Source: Gammaproteobacteria bacterium
GTDB lineage: Bacteria; Pseudomonadota; Gammaproteobacteria; JBIOEC01
DNA: 32,000 nt
Direction of reading: 5' to 3'
Assembly: GCA_965279305.1 (NCBI GenBank)
Contig: OZ257143.1
Span: forward strand, 810,001-842,000
Part shown: positions 16,633 to 24,665 of the stretch, one piece after another
How positions within the stretch are numbered: position 1 is the first letter of the stretch
Layout: each line of letters begins with the position of its first letter
Program-made: the position numbers and the translations under genes
The notes under the pieces: generated by a model
Database searches by the model: none
What the model was told of the DNA's origin: nothing
The model's input: the letters and a program-made list of their open reading frames with translations, nothing else

Positions 16633-18096
16633 ATGCTTTCAAGTCGCGAATTTTTAAAACAATTAAATACCACTGATCCTTTCTCTGCATTAATGCAGCA
16701 AGAAGGTCAAGTGTATCGTGAAGTAAAACGCCGAAAAACTATTAAATTCACTTTAGATAATAAAACCTATTTTGCCAAATTATTTTGGGGTGTGAGCGTT
16801 GCTGAAATTCTGAAAAGTCTTATCAAAGGCCAAAAGCCTGTGGTTGATGCCTCTCATGAATATAAAGCCCTAATGATGCTGAATCAATTAGGCATTCATG
16901 TTCCAAAAGTGATTGCATATGATACTAAAGGCTGTAACCCATTAACTCGTCGCTCATTTATTGTCATGGAAGCCATTGAACCTTCTATTAGTTTAGAAGA
17001 TTATTTACATCATTGGAATGATAAACCACTCGTTCAGCGTAGAATGTTGATTGAAAAAGTTGCAAAAATTGCACGAACATTACATGAAAAAGGGATCCAG
17101 CATCGAGATTTATATATCTGTCATTTCTTATTAAAAGAAAACACATTGTCAGATCTTTCTCTAATAGATTTACACAGAGCACGTTTTAAAAATCCTTTAC
17201 CCTGTTCATGGAAAGTGAAAGATTTATCGGCACTTTATTTTTCAGTATTATCTTCACCTTTAACGAAGCGTGATTATTATCGTTTTTTACGAATTTATAC
17301 TCAAAAACCTTTACGAGAAGTACTTGCCTCTCCTTTTTGGAATAAAGTTAAAAATAAAGCTATCAAATTATTTAAAAAAACCTATTCAGCACTTCCTCAA
17401 TCACTGAGCAGTCAAGAGTCAATGTCTGGAGATTTTGTTATTCAAGAAAGCTTTTATAAAAAACTGATTGTCAGACGTGATAGCTTATCTCAAGAATTAC
17501 TAACCGTATTAGGTGATCCAGAAAGCATTTTTTCGCGGGCCAATGTCACCATTATAAAAGAAAGCCCTTTATGTACATTAGCCAAGATGACAGTGGGACA
17601 TAAAGAAATGGTTATTAAACGATATCGCTGGAAAAATGGGTGGCAAGGATTCACCCGTTTATTTAGGCCTAGCCGTGCAGCCAAATGTTGGCGATATGCT
17701 AATTTATTATTAGAAAACCATGTGCTTACCCCAAAACCACTCGCTTTGGTTGAAAAGCGCTGGGGATGGTTGCGACGAGATTCTTATTTAATAACCGAAT
17801 ATTCTCACGGGCCATTATTAAGAGATTATGTAAAAGAACAAAAAGATCCAAAAATTTTAGATAAACTACAAGAAAATTGGAAAAAAATTCAGGAGCAGTT
17901 AACCGAAGCACATTTAACGCATGGTGATACGAATTTACAGAATTTTTTAGTGACTAAACAAGGGCTAATGATTATAGATTTGGATACCATGCGTTTTCAT
18001 TGCTTGCCTCATCGCCTGGCTTACCGCAAAGAAAAAGATAATGCCCGCTTCACCCGCGAGTGGAATAAGGCATTAGATTCTATTCCAACACAGTGA
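16633..18096 (+). CDS. waaP: Fusion protein: LPS core heptose(I) kinase WaaP/RfaP (N-terminal half) plus a second LPS-kinase-family domain (C-terminal half)
   Basis: Residues 1 to about 250 match RfaP (GCNPLTRRSFIVMEAIEPSISLEDY, HRDLYICHFLL, IDLHRAR). Residues from about 260 to 487 form a second kinase-like domain (SRAAKCWRYANLLLENHVLTPKPLA, YLITEY, HGDTNLQNFLV, IDLDTM) resembling the WapP/InaA-type kinases. The last 17 nt overlap the convergent degP 3' end. Confidence 0.85.
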   Translation: MLSSREFLKQLNTTDPFSALMQQEGQVYREVKRRKTIKFTLDNKTYFAKLFWGVSVAEILKSLIKGQKPVVDASHEYKALMMLNQLGIHVPKVIAYDTKGCNPLTRRSFIVMEAIEPSISLEDYLHHWNDKPLVQRRMLIEKVAKIARTLHEKGIQHRDLYICHFLLKENTLSDLSLIDLHRARFKNPLPCSWKVKDLSALYFSVLSSPLTKRDYYRFLRIYTQKPLREVLASPFWNKVKNKAIKLFKKTYSALPQSLSSQESMSGDFVIQESFYKKLIVRRDSLSQELLTVLGDPESIFSRANVTIIKESPLCTLAKMTVGHKEMVIKRYRWKNGWQGFTRLFRPSRAAKCWRYANLLLENHVLTPKPLALVEKRWGWLRRDSYLITEYSHGPLLRDYVKEQKDPKILDKLQENWKKIQEQLTEAHLTHGDTNLQNFLVTKQGLMIIDLDTMRFHCLPHRLAYRKEKDNARFTREWNKALDSIPTQ

Positions 18097-19426
18097 AAAA
18101 CGCACCTTTGCTACGTAACACATGGATCAGCACGATATCTTTATCTTTACCCAATTTAACCGCTTGTTTTAAACTACTTAAATCAGTCACGGGATATTGA
18201 TTAACACTGACAATCACATCACCTGGACGTAATTGAGCACGTGCAGCAGGACTATCAGGGCTCATGGAAAATATTTGTAATCCTTCTACGGTGCCATGAG
18301 CAGGAAGATCTTGATCAATTTTCCCTAACTCTATGCCGCTAAATAATAGTGAGGCTTGCTGCCATTGTGTAGGCAAATCTTTAGGAGAGGTCATTACAAA
18401 ATTAATCGTTTCTGGTTTGCCATTGCGTATCACCACCATAGAAAAAGGACTTTCAATAGGAATTAATCCTAAGATATTTCGTAACTGTGTAGAATCTTCA
18501 ACATTTTTGCCATTAATAGAAATAATAATATCGCCCTCGCGCAGTCCGGTTTGCTCCGCTAATGAATTAGGCGCTACATAAGACACTAAAGCACCATTGG
18601 TATTAGAGCGTCCAAATAAAGTAGCCAACTCAGGACTCATGGGTTGTGCAACCACGCCTAATAAACCGCGGCGCACTTCGCCAAATTTAACCAGCTGCAA
18701 CATAATGCTGTGAGCCATATTAATAGGAATAGCTAAGCCAATACCAATATTTCCAGGTGTTTGATTAGGGCTTAAAATAGCGGTGTTTATGCCCACTAAT
18801 TGTCCTTGCGTGTTAACTAATGCACCACCTGAATTACCTGGGTTAATAGAAGCGTCTGTTTGAATAAAGTTTTCGTAATGATCAATACCCAAATTAGCCC
18901 GGCCTAATCCACTCACAATTCCGGATGTCACACTATGTTCTAAACCAAAAGGATTTCCGATAGCTACTACATAATCACCCACTTCTAGTTGATCAGAATC
19001 GCCCATTTGCATGGCTTTTAAATGTTCTGCTTTTATTTGAATAACCGCTACATCAGATTCTGGATCACCACCTACTGCTTTTGCATTAAAAGTACGACCG
19101 TCATCTAATGTAACAATAACTTCTTCTGCACCTGCCACTACGTGATTATTGGTAATGATGTAACCTTCTTTAGCATCTAAAATAACACCGGATGCAACCA
19201 TAGTTCTTTGCTCAGGAATACGCACAGGGTTATCTCTTTCATCAGAGGCTACCGGTTGTGGAGGGTAAATCACTTTTAAATTTACTACGCTAGGCATCAC
19301 TTCTTTTAACATCGGTGCTAAGCTAGTTTTAGGTAATATAGCCGAAGCACTATAAGCATTCAGATGAAACAAAGAAGTGAAAAGTGAAATGCATAATACA
19401 GAAAAAATCTTACTCAGGTGCTTCAT
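18080..19426 (-). CDS. degP: Periplasmic serine endoprotease DegP/DegQ (HtrA family) with two PDZ domains
   Basis: 448 aa with a signal peptide, the catalytic triad contexts TNNHVV, DVAVIQI and GNSGGAL, and two PDZ-like C-terminal domains. Confidence 0.95.
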   Translation of the reverse strand: MKHLSKIFSVLCISLFTSLFHLNAYSASAILPKTSLAPMLKEVMPSVVNLKVIYPPQPVASDERDNPVRIPEQRTMVASGVILDAKEGYIITNNHVVAGAEEVIVTLDDGRTFNAKAVGGDPESDVAVIQIKAEHLKAMQMGDSDQLEVGDYVVAIGNPFGLEHSVTSGIVSGLGRANLGIDHYENFIQTDASINPGNSGGALVNTQGQLVGINTAILSPNQTPGNIGIGLAIPINMAHSIMLQLVKFGEVRRGLLGVVAQPMSPELATLFGRSNTNGALVSYVAPNSLAEQTGLREGDIIISINGKNVEDSTQLRNILGLIPIESPFSMVVIRNGKPETINFVMTSPKDLPTQWQQASLLFSGIELGKIDQDLPAHGTVEGLQIFSMSPDSPAARAQLRPGDVIVSVNQYPVTDLSSLKQAVKLGKDKDIVLIHVLRSKGAFFTVLE

Positions 19427-19434
19427 GATACATC

Positions 19435-19860
19435 CTATTTTTTTCGGTCTACATAAGTTTTAGGCATAACATCTAATTTTTCATCATGTGGTTGATGATG
19501 CGTTTGCGAGAAAGGAAAGTGCGGAACTACTTTGTGTCCTTGCTCGGTGGTGGCTCCCAACTCATGAATAATATGCTGCAAATGCTCCACTAAACGTTGA
19601 TAGTCAGCGCCTAGTTGTTGCACTTGTTCAGTGGTTTGCATTAAATGTTCATGTACGGCTTGCTGATAATCGCGTAATTTTTTTTCAGCCGCTAAGTTGT
19701 GGGGAGAATGGGCTTGTTTTTTGCGAGTCCACAATGCGTATATAACAACGCCTAATACAATACCTGCTATAAACAATACAACGCCTTGTGTAGCGCTTAG
19801 GCTCCAGGGCATAGCTGTGGCGACGGCAGTAGTAGCTTCAGTAACGGTAGTGGTATCCAT
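19435..19860 (-). CDS. yhcB: YhcB (DUF1043) family inner-membrane protein
   Basis: 141 aa with a single N-terminal TM segment (VVLFIAGIVLGVVIYALW) followed by a helical region of the pattern Y..AV.EH...T.E....L..DYQ.L..HL, similar to E. coli YhcB. It is adjacent to a deg protease gene, as in E. coli. An AAGGAG SD lies 6 nt upstream. Confidence 0.7.
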   Translation of the reverse strand: MDTTTVTEATTAVATAMPWSLSATQGVVLFIAGIVLGVVIYALWTRKKQAHSPHNLAAEKKLRDYQQAVHEHLMQTTEQVQQLGADYQRLVEHLQHIIHELGATTEQGHKVVPHFPFSQTHHQPHDEKLDVMPKTYVDRKK

Positions 19861-19871
19861 AAGGATCTCCT

Positions 19872-20531
19872 TTAACGAAATTCGATGTTATTCGTTATTA
19901 TATCCCGTAATTCTACTAATTTACCATGAAAAAAATGCGAAGCTTCAGGAATTTCCACTAATTTAATATGGGTAGAAAGAGGTAATTGTTTAATAAAATC
20001 GCGAACTTCCTGGGCGGGTACTATTTCATCTTCGGTTCCTTGAATAACTAACCAAGGACATTTCAAATGATTGAACACGGTAAAGTCGGCATGATTAACA
20101 GCAGGAGCAATACTAATCAGCTGTTTAACCAAATCGGGTTTTTGCAAAGCGCCTTGAGCTGATACATAAGCACCAAAAGAAAACCCTGCTAAGCAAATAG
20201 GCGCATTGTTTGAAACCTCTTCCGCCCACTTCATAATGCTGATCAAATCTTCGGTTTCCCCCACAAAATCTCCAAATGTACCTTCGCTTTGCCCAACACC
20301 ACGATAATTAAATCGAATGGTAGCAAAACCCAAAGAATGTAGAGCTTTGGCTGTCATGGTCACCACTTTATTGGTCATGGTGCCGCCCTGTAAAGGATGC
20401 GGATGGCAAATAATGGATATTTTGTTGAGCGCATTATTCGCAGCAGGTGTAGCCAAAATTTCTAAATTGCCCGCAGGGCCAGGCAATAAGAAAGTGGTTT
20501 CTTTATCAGGGAACGTAGAAGGTGCTGTCAT
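19872..20531 (-). CDS. Alpha/beta-fold hydrolase (small COG2945-like type)
   Basis: 219 aa with the nucleophile elbow GFSFGA, an acidic-residue context VIQGTEDEIVP, and a His in SHFFHGK. Confidence 0.8.
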   Translation of the reverse strand: MTAPSTFPDKETTFLLPGPAGNLEILATPAANNALNKISIICHPHPLQGGTMTNKVVTMTAKALHSLGFATIRFNYRGVGQSEGTFGDFVGETEDLISIMKWAEEVSNNAPICLAGFSFGAYVSAQGALQKPDLVKQLISIAPAVNHADFTVFNHLKCPWLVIQGTEDEIVPAQEVRDFIKQLPLSTHIKLVEIPEASHFFHGKLVELRDIITNNIEFR

Positions 20532-20532
20532 A

Positions 20533-21153
20533 TTATTTCTCGTAATGTTGTTGTGCCACTACAATATCATTCGCCAATACTTCAGCGGTAAACGGAGGAG
20601 ACAAATTAGCAAAATAACGACCTTCTGGATCCACAAACATCACAGAGCCTGTATGCTCAATTAAATAATCATTAGCCGCACGGCCTTCGGTAGCTTTGAT
20701 ATAAAAAATCCCAAACTGCTCGCCCAGTTTAGTGATTTGTTGTTCACTTCCCGTTAAGCCAATAAAATCAGGATTAAAATAAGTAATATATTTATTTAAT
20801 TGCTCAGGTGTGTCTCGCACAGGATCTACACTCACAAAAATAAATTGAATATCTTTAGTATCTTGCTGTTTATTCAATAATTCCCAAGATTGTTGCATTA
20901 AACGCAAGGTAGCAGGGCAAATATCGGGGCAATGTGTGTAACCAAAAAAGAAAATATTCCATTTGCCTTTTAAACTGCGCTCCGTAAATGTTTTATCATG
21001 GCTATCCGTTAAGCTAAAAGGAGCAAGCACACGAGGCTCTGGTAATATCAAGGCTTCTTCTGGCACAGGTAAAGGTTGTTTTTGCCAAAACTGATAAAGC
21101 CCCGCAAAACCAATCACTAAAATCAAACCAATAATTAATGATGTTTTTTTCAT
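20533..21153 (-). CDS. sco1: SCO1/SenC family copper chaperone
   Basis: 206 aa with an N-terminal anchor, the motif FFFGYTHCPDICP (CxxxC), and a downstream conserved His (EHTG). Confidence 0.9.
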   Translation of the reverse strand: MKKTSLIIGLILVIGFAGLYQFWQKQPLPVPEEALILPEPRVLAPFSLTDSHDKTFTERSLKGKWNIFFFGYTHCPDICPATLRLMQQSWELLNKQQDTKDIQFIFVSVDPVRDTPEQLNKYITYFNPDFIGLTGSEQQITKLGEQFGIFYIKATEGRAANDYLIEHTGSVMFVDPEGRYFANLSPPFTAEVLANDIVVAQQHYEK

Positions 21154-21171
21154 ATCACACTCCTTTAGCCG

Positions 21172-22056
21172 TTAAAACAAAAATGATAAAGAAAATTTAT
21201 AATAATGATCTACTAACAGCACAATAAATAAAGCAAACAAATACACTATAGAATAGCGAAATGTTTTCATAGGCATATCAGCCCTATCGGTAAAGCGCAG
21301 CACAAAAGCATAATATAAAAATATTAGCCCTAAAATACTGCTACCTATTAAATAAATAACCCCGCTCATGCCTACGGCAAAAGGTAATATACCTACAGCA
21401 AATAATAAAAAGGTATATAACAAAATTTGTTGTTTGGTATAAGCCACTCCATGAGTCACAGGCAACATAGGAATATTTGCTTTGGCGTAATCATCTTTAC
21501 GTTGAATAGCCAGCGCCCAAAAATGTGGGGGAGTCCATACAAAAATAATCAGCACTAATAATAATGCGTTGGGATCTAATTGCCCTGTTACGGCTGTCCA
21601 ACCCAATAGAGGTGGTGCAGCACCGGCAGCGCCGCCAATCACAATATTTTGTGGAGTAGCACGTTTTAAAAATAAAGTATAAAGAACTGCATAACCAATT
21701 AAAGTAATAAAAGTAAGCACCGCGGTTAATATATTAATAAACACCATTAATATAATTAAACCCATAGCGCCAATCACACTAGCAAAACACAGTGCATGCA
21801 AAGTGCTAATGCGGCCTGTGGGTAATGGTCTAAATTGTGTGCGTCCCATTAAAGCATCGGCATGTTGATCCGCCACATGATTGATTGCTGCAGCAGCACC
21901 CGCTGCCAAACCAATACCTAATGTGGCATAAAACACAATATGAAAAGGCACAGCATAAGGTGTGGCTAAATACATACCGACTACAGCCGTAATTAACATT
22001 AGCAAAACGACTTTGGGTTTACACAATTCTAGATAATCTTTAAACAACGATATCAT
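21172..22056 (-). CDS. ctaB: Protoheme IX farnesyltransferase (heme O synthase)
   Basis: 294 aa, a polytopic UbiA-family protein. It shows the D-rich [12 protein letters not shown] context and the typical [10 protein letters not shown] motif. It overlaps ctaA by 4 nt. Confidence 0.95.
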   Translation of the reverse strand: MISLFKDYLELCKPKVVLLMLITAVVGMYLATPYAVPFHIVFYATLGIGLAAGAAAAINHVADQHADALMGRTQFRPLPTGRISTLHALCFASVIGAMGLIILMVFINILTAVLTFITLIGYAVLYTLFLKRATPQNIVIGGAAGAAPPLLGWTAVTGQLDPNALLLVLIIFVWTPPHFWALAIQRKDDYAKANIPMLPVTHGVAYTKQQILLYTFLLFAVGILPFAVGMSGVIYLIGSSILGLIFLYYAFVLRFTDRADMPMKTFRYSIVYLFALFIVLLVDHYYKFSLSFLF

Positions 22057-23036
22057 TTCAATTTTCTCATCTTATATACGCGATAATTTAAGGTGATTAC
22101 CAAGAGCAATAGTAAAGCGCCCACCACATTATGCGTAACCGCATTATGTAAAGGTAAGTGATGTACTACATTGGTAATACCGATAGCAATTTGAGCGAAT
22201 AATAAAACAATAGTGGTAATGGCAAGTATACGTAAACCACGTACTTTGCATAACCATACACACCATATCATTAATAAAATAGTGAGGAATAAAGCCCCAA
22301 AACGATGCATCATATGAATAGCTTGGCGTGCAGGATTTTCTAATGAACCAAATTCATAATTAGGCCCAATAGGTAACCACATTTGTAACGCATTATGAAA
22401 ATCACTATTTCCTAACCAGCTATTATCCATGCAGTGAGGAAAGGTAGAGCAGGCGACACCGGCATAATTGGCGCTGACCCATCCGCCTAATGCCAGTTGT
22501 AAAATTAAAACCGCTAATACTAAAAAGCCAAAACGCATCATGCAACCGTTAGTTTCATGAGCATACTGAACCGTACGCGTGCGTAAAAATAATAACCACA
22601 GTGTTCCTACCGTGGTTAATCCACCTAATAAATGTGCGCAGACTACCGTCGGTTGTAATTTCCAAGTGACTGTCCACATACCTAATGCGGCTTGAAAAAT
22701 AACCAATAACAAAATTAAAAAAGGTAATTTTACGGGATAATGCTGTTTACGTTGAGCAAAACTATATAAAGCAATAATTAAAATAAGCACACCTAAACTG
22801 CCGGCAAAATAACGGTGTAGCATTTCAGTCCAGGCTTTTTGGGTATCCAGAGGTTGCTCAGGATAAACCGATTCTGCATGATCTTCATTAGGCACTACCA
22901 TTTCACCATAACAACCCGGCCAATCAGGGCAACCTAATCCAGCATTGGTTAAACGGGTGTAAGCGCCAAGCCCTACTACAAAGAGTGCAAGAATAACGCT
23001 AAATAAAATTAATGATTGATATATTCTTTTTGTCAT
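22053..23036 (-). CDS. ctaA: Heme A synthase (COX15/CtaA)
   Basis: 327 aa, polytopic, with [12 protein letters not shown] near the N-terminus and conserved His-containing helices (HR..A, HL.GG, HMMHR, H...A). Confidence 0.9.
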   Translation of the reverse strand: MTKRIYQSLILFSVILALFVVGLGAYTRLTNAGLGCPDWPGCYGEMVVPNEDHAESVYPEQPLDTQKAWTEMLHRYFAGSLGVLILIIALYSFAQRKQHYPVKLPFLILLLVIFQAALGMWTVTWKLQPTVVCAHLLGGLTTVGTLWLLFLRTRTVQYAHETNGCMMRFGFLVLAVLILQLALGGWVSANYAGVACSTFPHCMDNSWLGNSDFHNALQMWLPIGPNYEFGSLENPARQAIHMMHRFGALFLTILLMIWCVWLCKVRGLRILAITTIVLLFAQIAIGITNVVHHLPLHNAVTHNVVGALLLLLVITLNYRVYKMRKLK

Positions 23037-23057
23037 TTGTTTATCCCTTAATTTATT

Positions 23058-23127
23058 ATCACCTCTCCCCTTGTGGGAGAGGTCGGAGACGCGTAAGCGT
23101 ATCCGGGTGAGGGGTGATCCAAATCAC
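23058..23127. repeat. Structured MITE/REP-like intergenic element, short copy (about 70 bp)
   Basis: It has the same 25-nt left end (23058-23082) and 12-nt right end (23104-23115) as the copy at 2897-3038. The central hairpin is GGAGACGC-GTAA-GCGTATCC and the terminal hairpin is GGGTGAT-CCAA-ATCACCC. ATCAC occurs at both extremities (23058-23062 and 23123-23127). Confidence 0.75.
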
Positions 23128-23708
23128 CCTATCTGCGACGCCTTCAATAATTTTTCCAAATCTTTCAAAATCGCATGCGCTTCTTGCTTAGGCTTATAGC
23201 ACATCATCATATTTCCACGCGGATCCATAATAAATAAACCTTCTGCTAAATTTGCATCAGCAGGGCAGCCTTGCAACAAGTAATCAGGGTTTTGAATATA
23301 ATCAACCGTTAGCAATTTATCTTCAGCCGCTGCTTTTACTTCTGAGGGAGGCAAACTATGAGGCTGTAATAACATTAAACGTTTCACTCTAGAAGCGCTT
23401 TTAGTTAGTGCCATATGTACACTACGTATTTTGGCCACTTGTACCGCGCATTCCTCATCACATTCGGCAGGCGCTACATAAATCAGCCACCAGGATTTTC
23501 CAAAATCGTCAGGGGTAACCACTGTGCCATCTAGGGTTTTTAGTTTTAATTCAGCAAGAGAAAGGGGCGGCGTAATCAACGTGCCTTGGGTTTTAGGGGT
23601 AAGGTCAAAATAGTCGCGGCCTAAATAAACACTCGCTGCCAATATCATAGGGAGAATAAAGATAAGAACAAAGCCGATAGCTTTAGTACGCATATGAGTA
23701 ACTGGCAT
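23124..23708 (-). CDS. Membrane-anchored thioredoxin/SCO-like protein of the oxidase-assembly cluster (hypothetical)
   Basis: The track ORF is 23124..23744. I prefer the ATG at 23708 (MPVTHMRTKAIGFVLIFILPMILAASV...) because a GGTGG SD lies 4 nt upstream. 'GKSWWLIYVAPAECDEEC' aligns in position with the SCO1 'GKWNIFFFGYTHCPDICP' motif (C-x3-C). It sits between SURF1 and ctaA. Confidence 0.6.
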   Translation of the reverse strand: MPVTHMRTKAIGFVLIFILPMILAASVYLGRDYFDLTPKTQGTLITPPLSLAELKLKTLDGTVVTPDDFGKSWWLIYVAPAECDEECAVQVAKIRSVHMALTKSASRVKRLMLLQPHSLPPSEVKAAAEDKLLTVDYIQNPDYLLQGCPADANLAEGLFIMDPRGNMMMCYKPKQEAHAILKDLEKLLKASQIG

Positions 23709-23758
23709 ATAACCACCTGTAATAATGGCCATATTGTACCGCATTGGGGAATTAGATA

Positions 23759-24508
23759 CTAACGGGGACCAGGAGGACGTGAATTAGTGGAATAGACTAT
23801 ATATAGAATAACCAAGGTCATGCTGAGTAAAGCCCATTGCATGGAGTACCCGTAATGAGTAGCGGGCAGTAAAATGGCTTTAGGGTTCCAGTCGCGAACA
23901 TAAGGGCTATTAGCCTCAGGATCGGCTAGCAGAATAATCGGCAAGAAAGAGTGCCCTAGAAATCCTTGAAGCCGGTCTAAATCGATGGCTTGAATAATCA
24001 GCTCTTTCTCTGAAACGGCCTCTAAATATGTGCCTAATAACAAATATTTATTGTTAGGTATATCCGCTCTTCCCGATAGGATGACTTTGTTAGCAGGTAA
24101 TTCAGGGGTTATAGGTAGTTCCTGACGCTCGGGATTGCGTGGCATCCAGCCTAGGTTTACTAGCATCCATTCCCCGCTTTTTAGCTGAAAAGGCGCTAAT
24201 ACTTCAAATCCGGCGCGGCCTTCATAAATCGCATTATCCAGAAAAAACAGATGCTCGGTATCAAATTTCCCTTGAATAGTCATAGGCTGATATTCGGTGA
24301 TGGGCAAAGCATCTTGGCCGGTAAAAGCAACCGGCTGGGCAGAAAGGCTGTTCTCGTAATCACGCAGTATCTCTTCTTTATAATGGGCTCGTTGCCATTG
24401 CCAGTAAGAAAGGCTTAATAGAAAAGGGGTAAGCACGACTACTAATAGGGTAAGCACCCAATGAGGCTTATGCCAATGCAGCACTTTTTTGCCTAGCGTG
24501 ATTTTCAT
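23759..24508 (-). CDS. SURF1 family cytochrome oxidase biogenesis protein
   Basis: 249 aa with two terminal TM segments, the N-terminal LSLSYWQWQR, and a GWMPRN motif, as is typical of SURF1/Shy1. Confidence 0.85.
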   Translation of the reverse strand: MKITLGKKVLHWHKPHWVLTLLVVVLTPFLLSLSYWQWQRAHYKEEILRDYENSLSAQPVAFTGQDALPITEYQPMTIQGKFDTEHLFFLDNAIYEGRAGFEVLAPFQLKSGEWMLVNLGWMPRNPERQELPITPELPANKVILSGRADIPNNKYLLLGTYLEAVSEKELIIQAIDLDRLQGFLGHSFLPIILLADPEANSPYVRDWNPKAILLPATHYGYSMQWALLSMTLVILYIVYSTNSRPPGPR

Positions 24509-24608
24509 GCGTTATATCCCTATATGCTTATTGATACTTTAGCGGAAGCAGTAAGGAAACACCAGGGCAAAGAGATTAGGGTAAACCCTGGTTTTGTTTG
24601 GAGTTAAG

Positions 24609-24637
24609 TTGACTTTCGGACTTATTCTGATTAGAAT
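24609..24637 (+). promoter_or_regulatory. Candidate sigma70 promoter (TTGACT-N17-TAGAAT) for the LRR gene
   Basis: The -35 is at 24609-24614 and the -10 at 24632-24637, with an AGAGG SD at 24656-24660 and the ATG at 24666. Confidence 0.6.
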
Positions 24638-24665
24638 ATGACCTCTATATATATTAGAGGCAGTT

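Noticed and set aside
23709-23744. 12-codon N-terminal extension of the SCO-like gene (MRYNMAIITGGY)
   Set aside because: No SD precedes it, whereas the ATG at 23708 has a GGTGG SD at proper spacing. The choice remains uncertain, and MRTKAIGF at 23693 is a further alternative.
24642-24660. Hairpin CCTCTA-TATATAT-TAGAGG that could sequester the SD of the LRR gene (thermometer-like)
   Set aside because: The stem is only 6 bp. The predicted transcription start from the TAGAAT -10 (around 24643-24646) would fall inside the 5' arm, so the arm is probably not fully transcribed.
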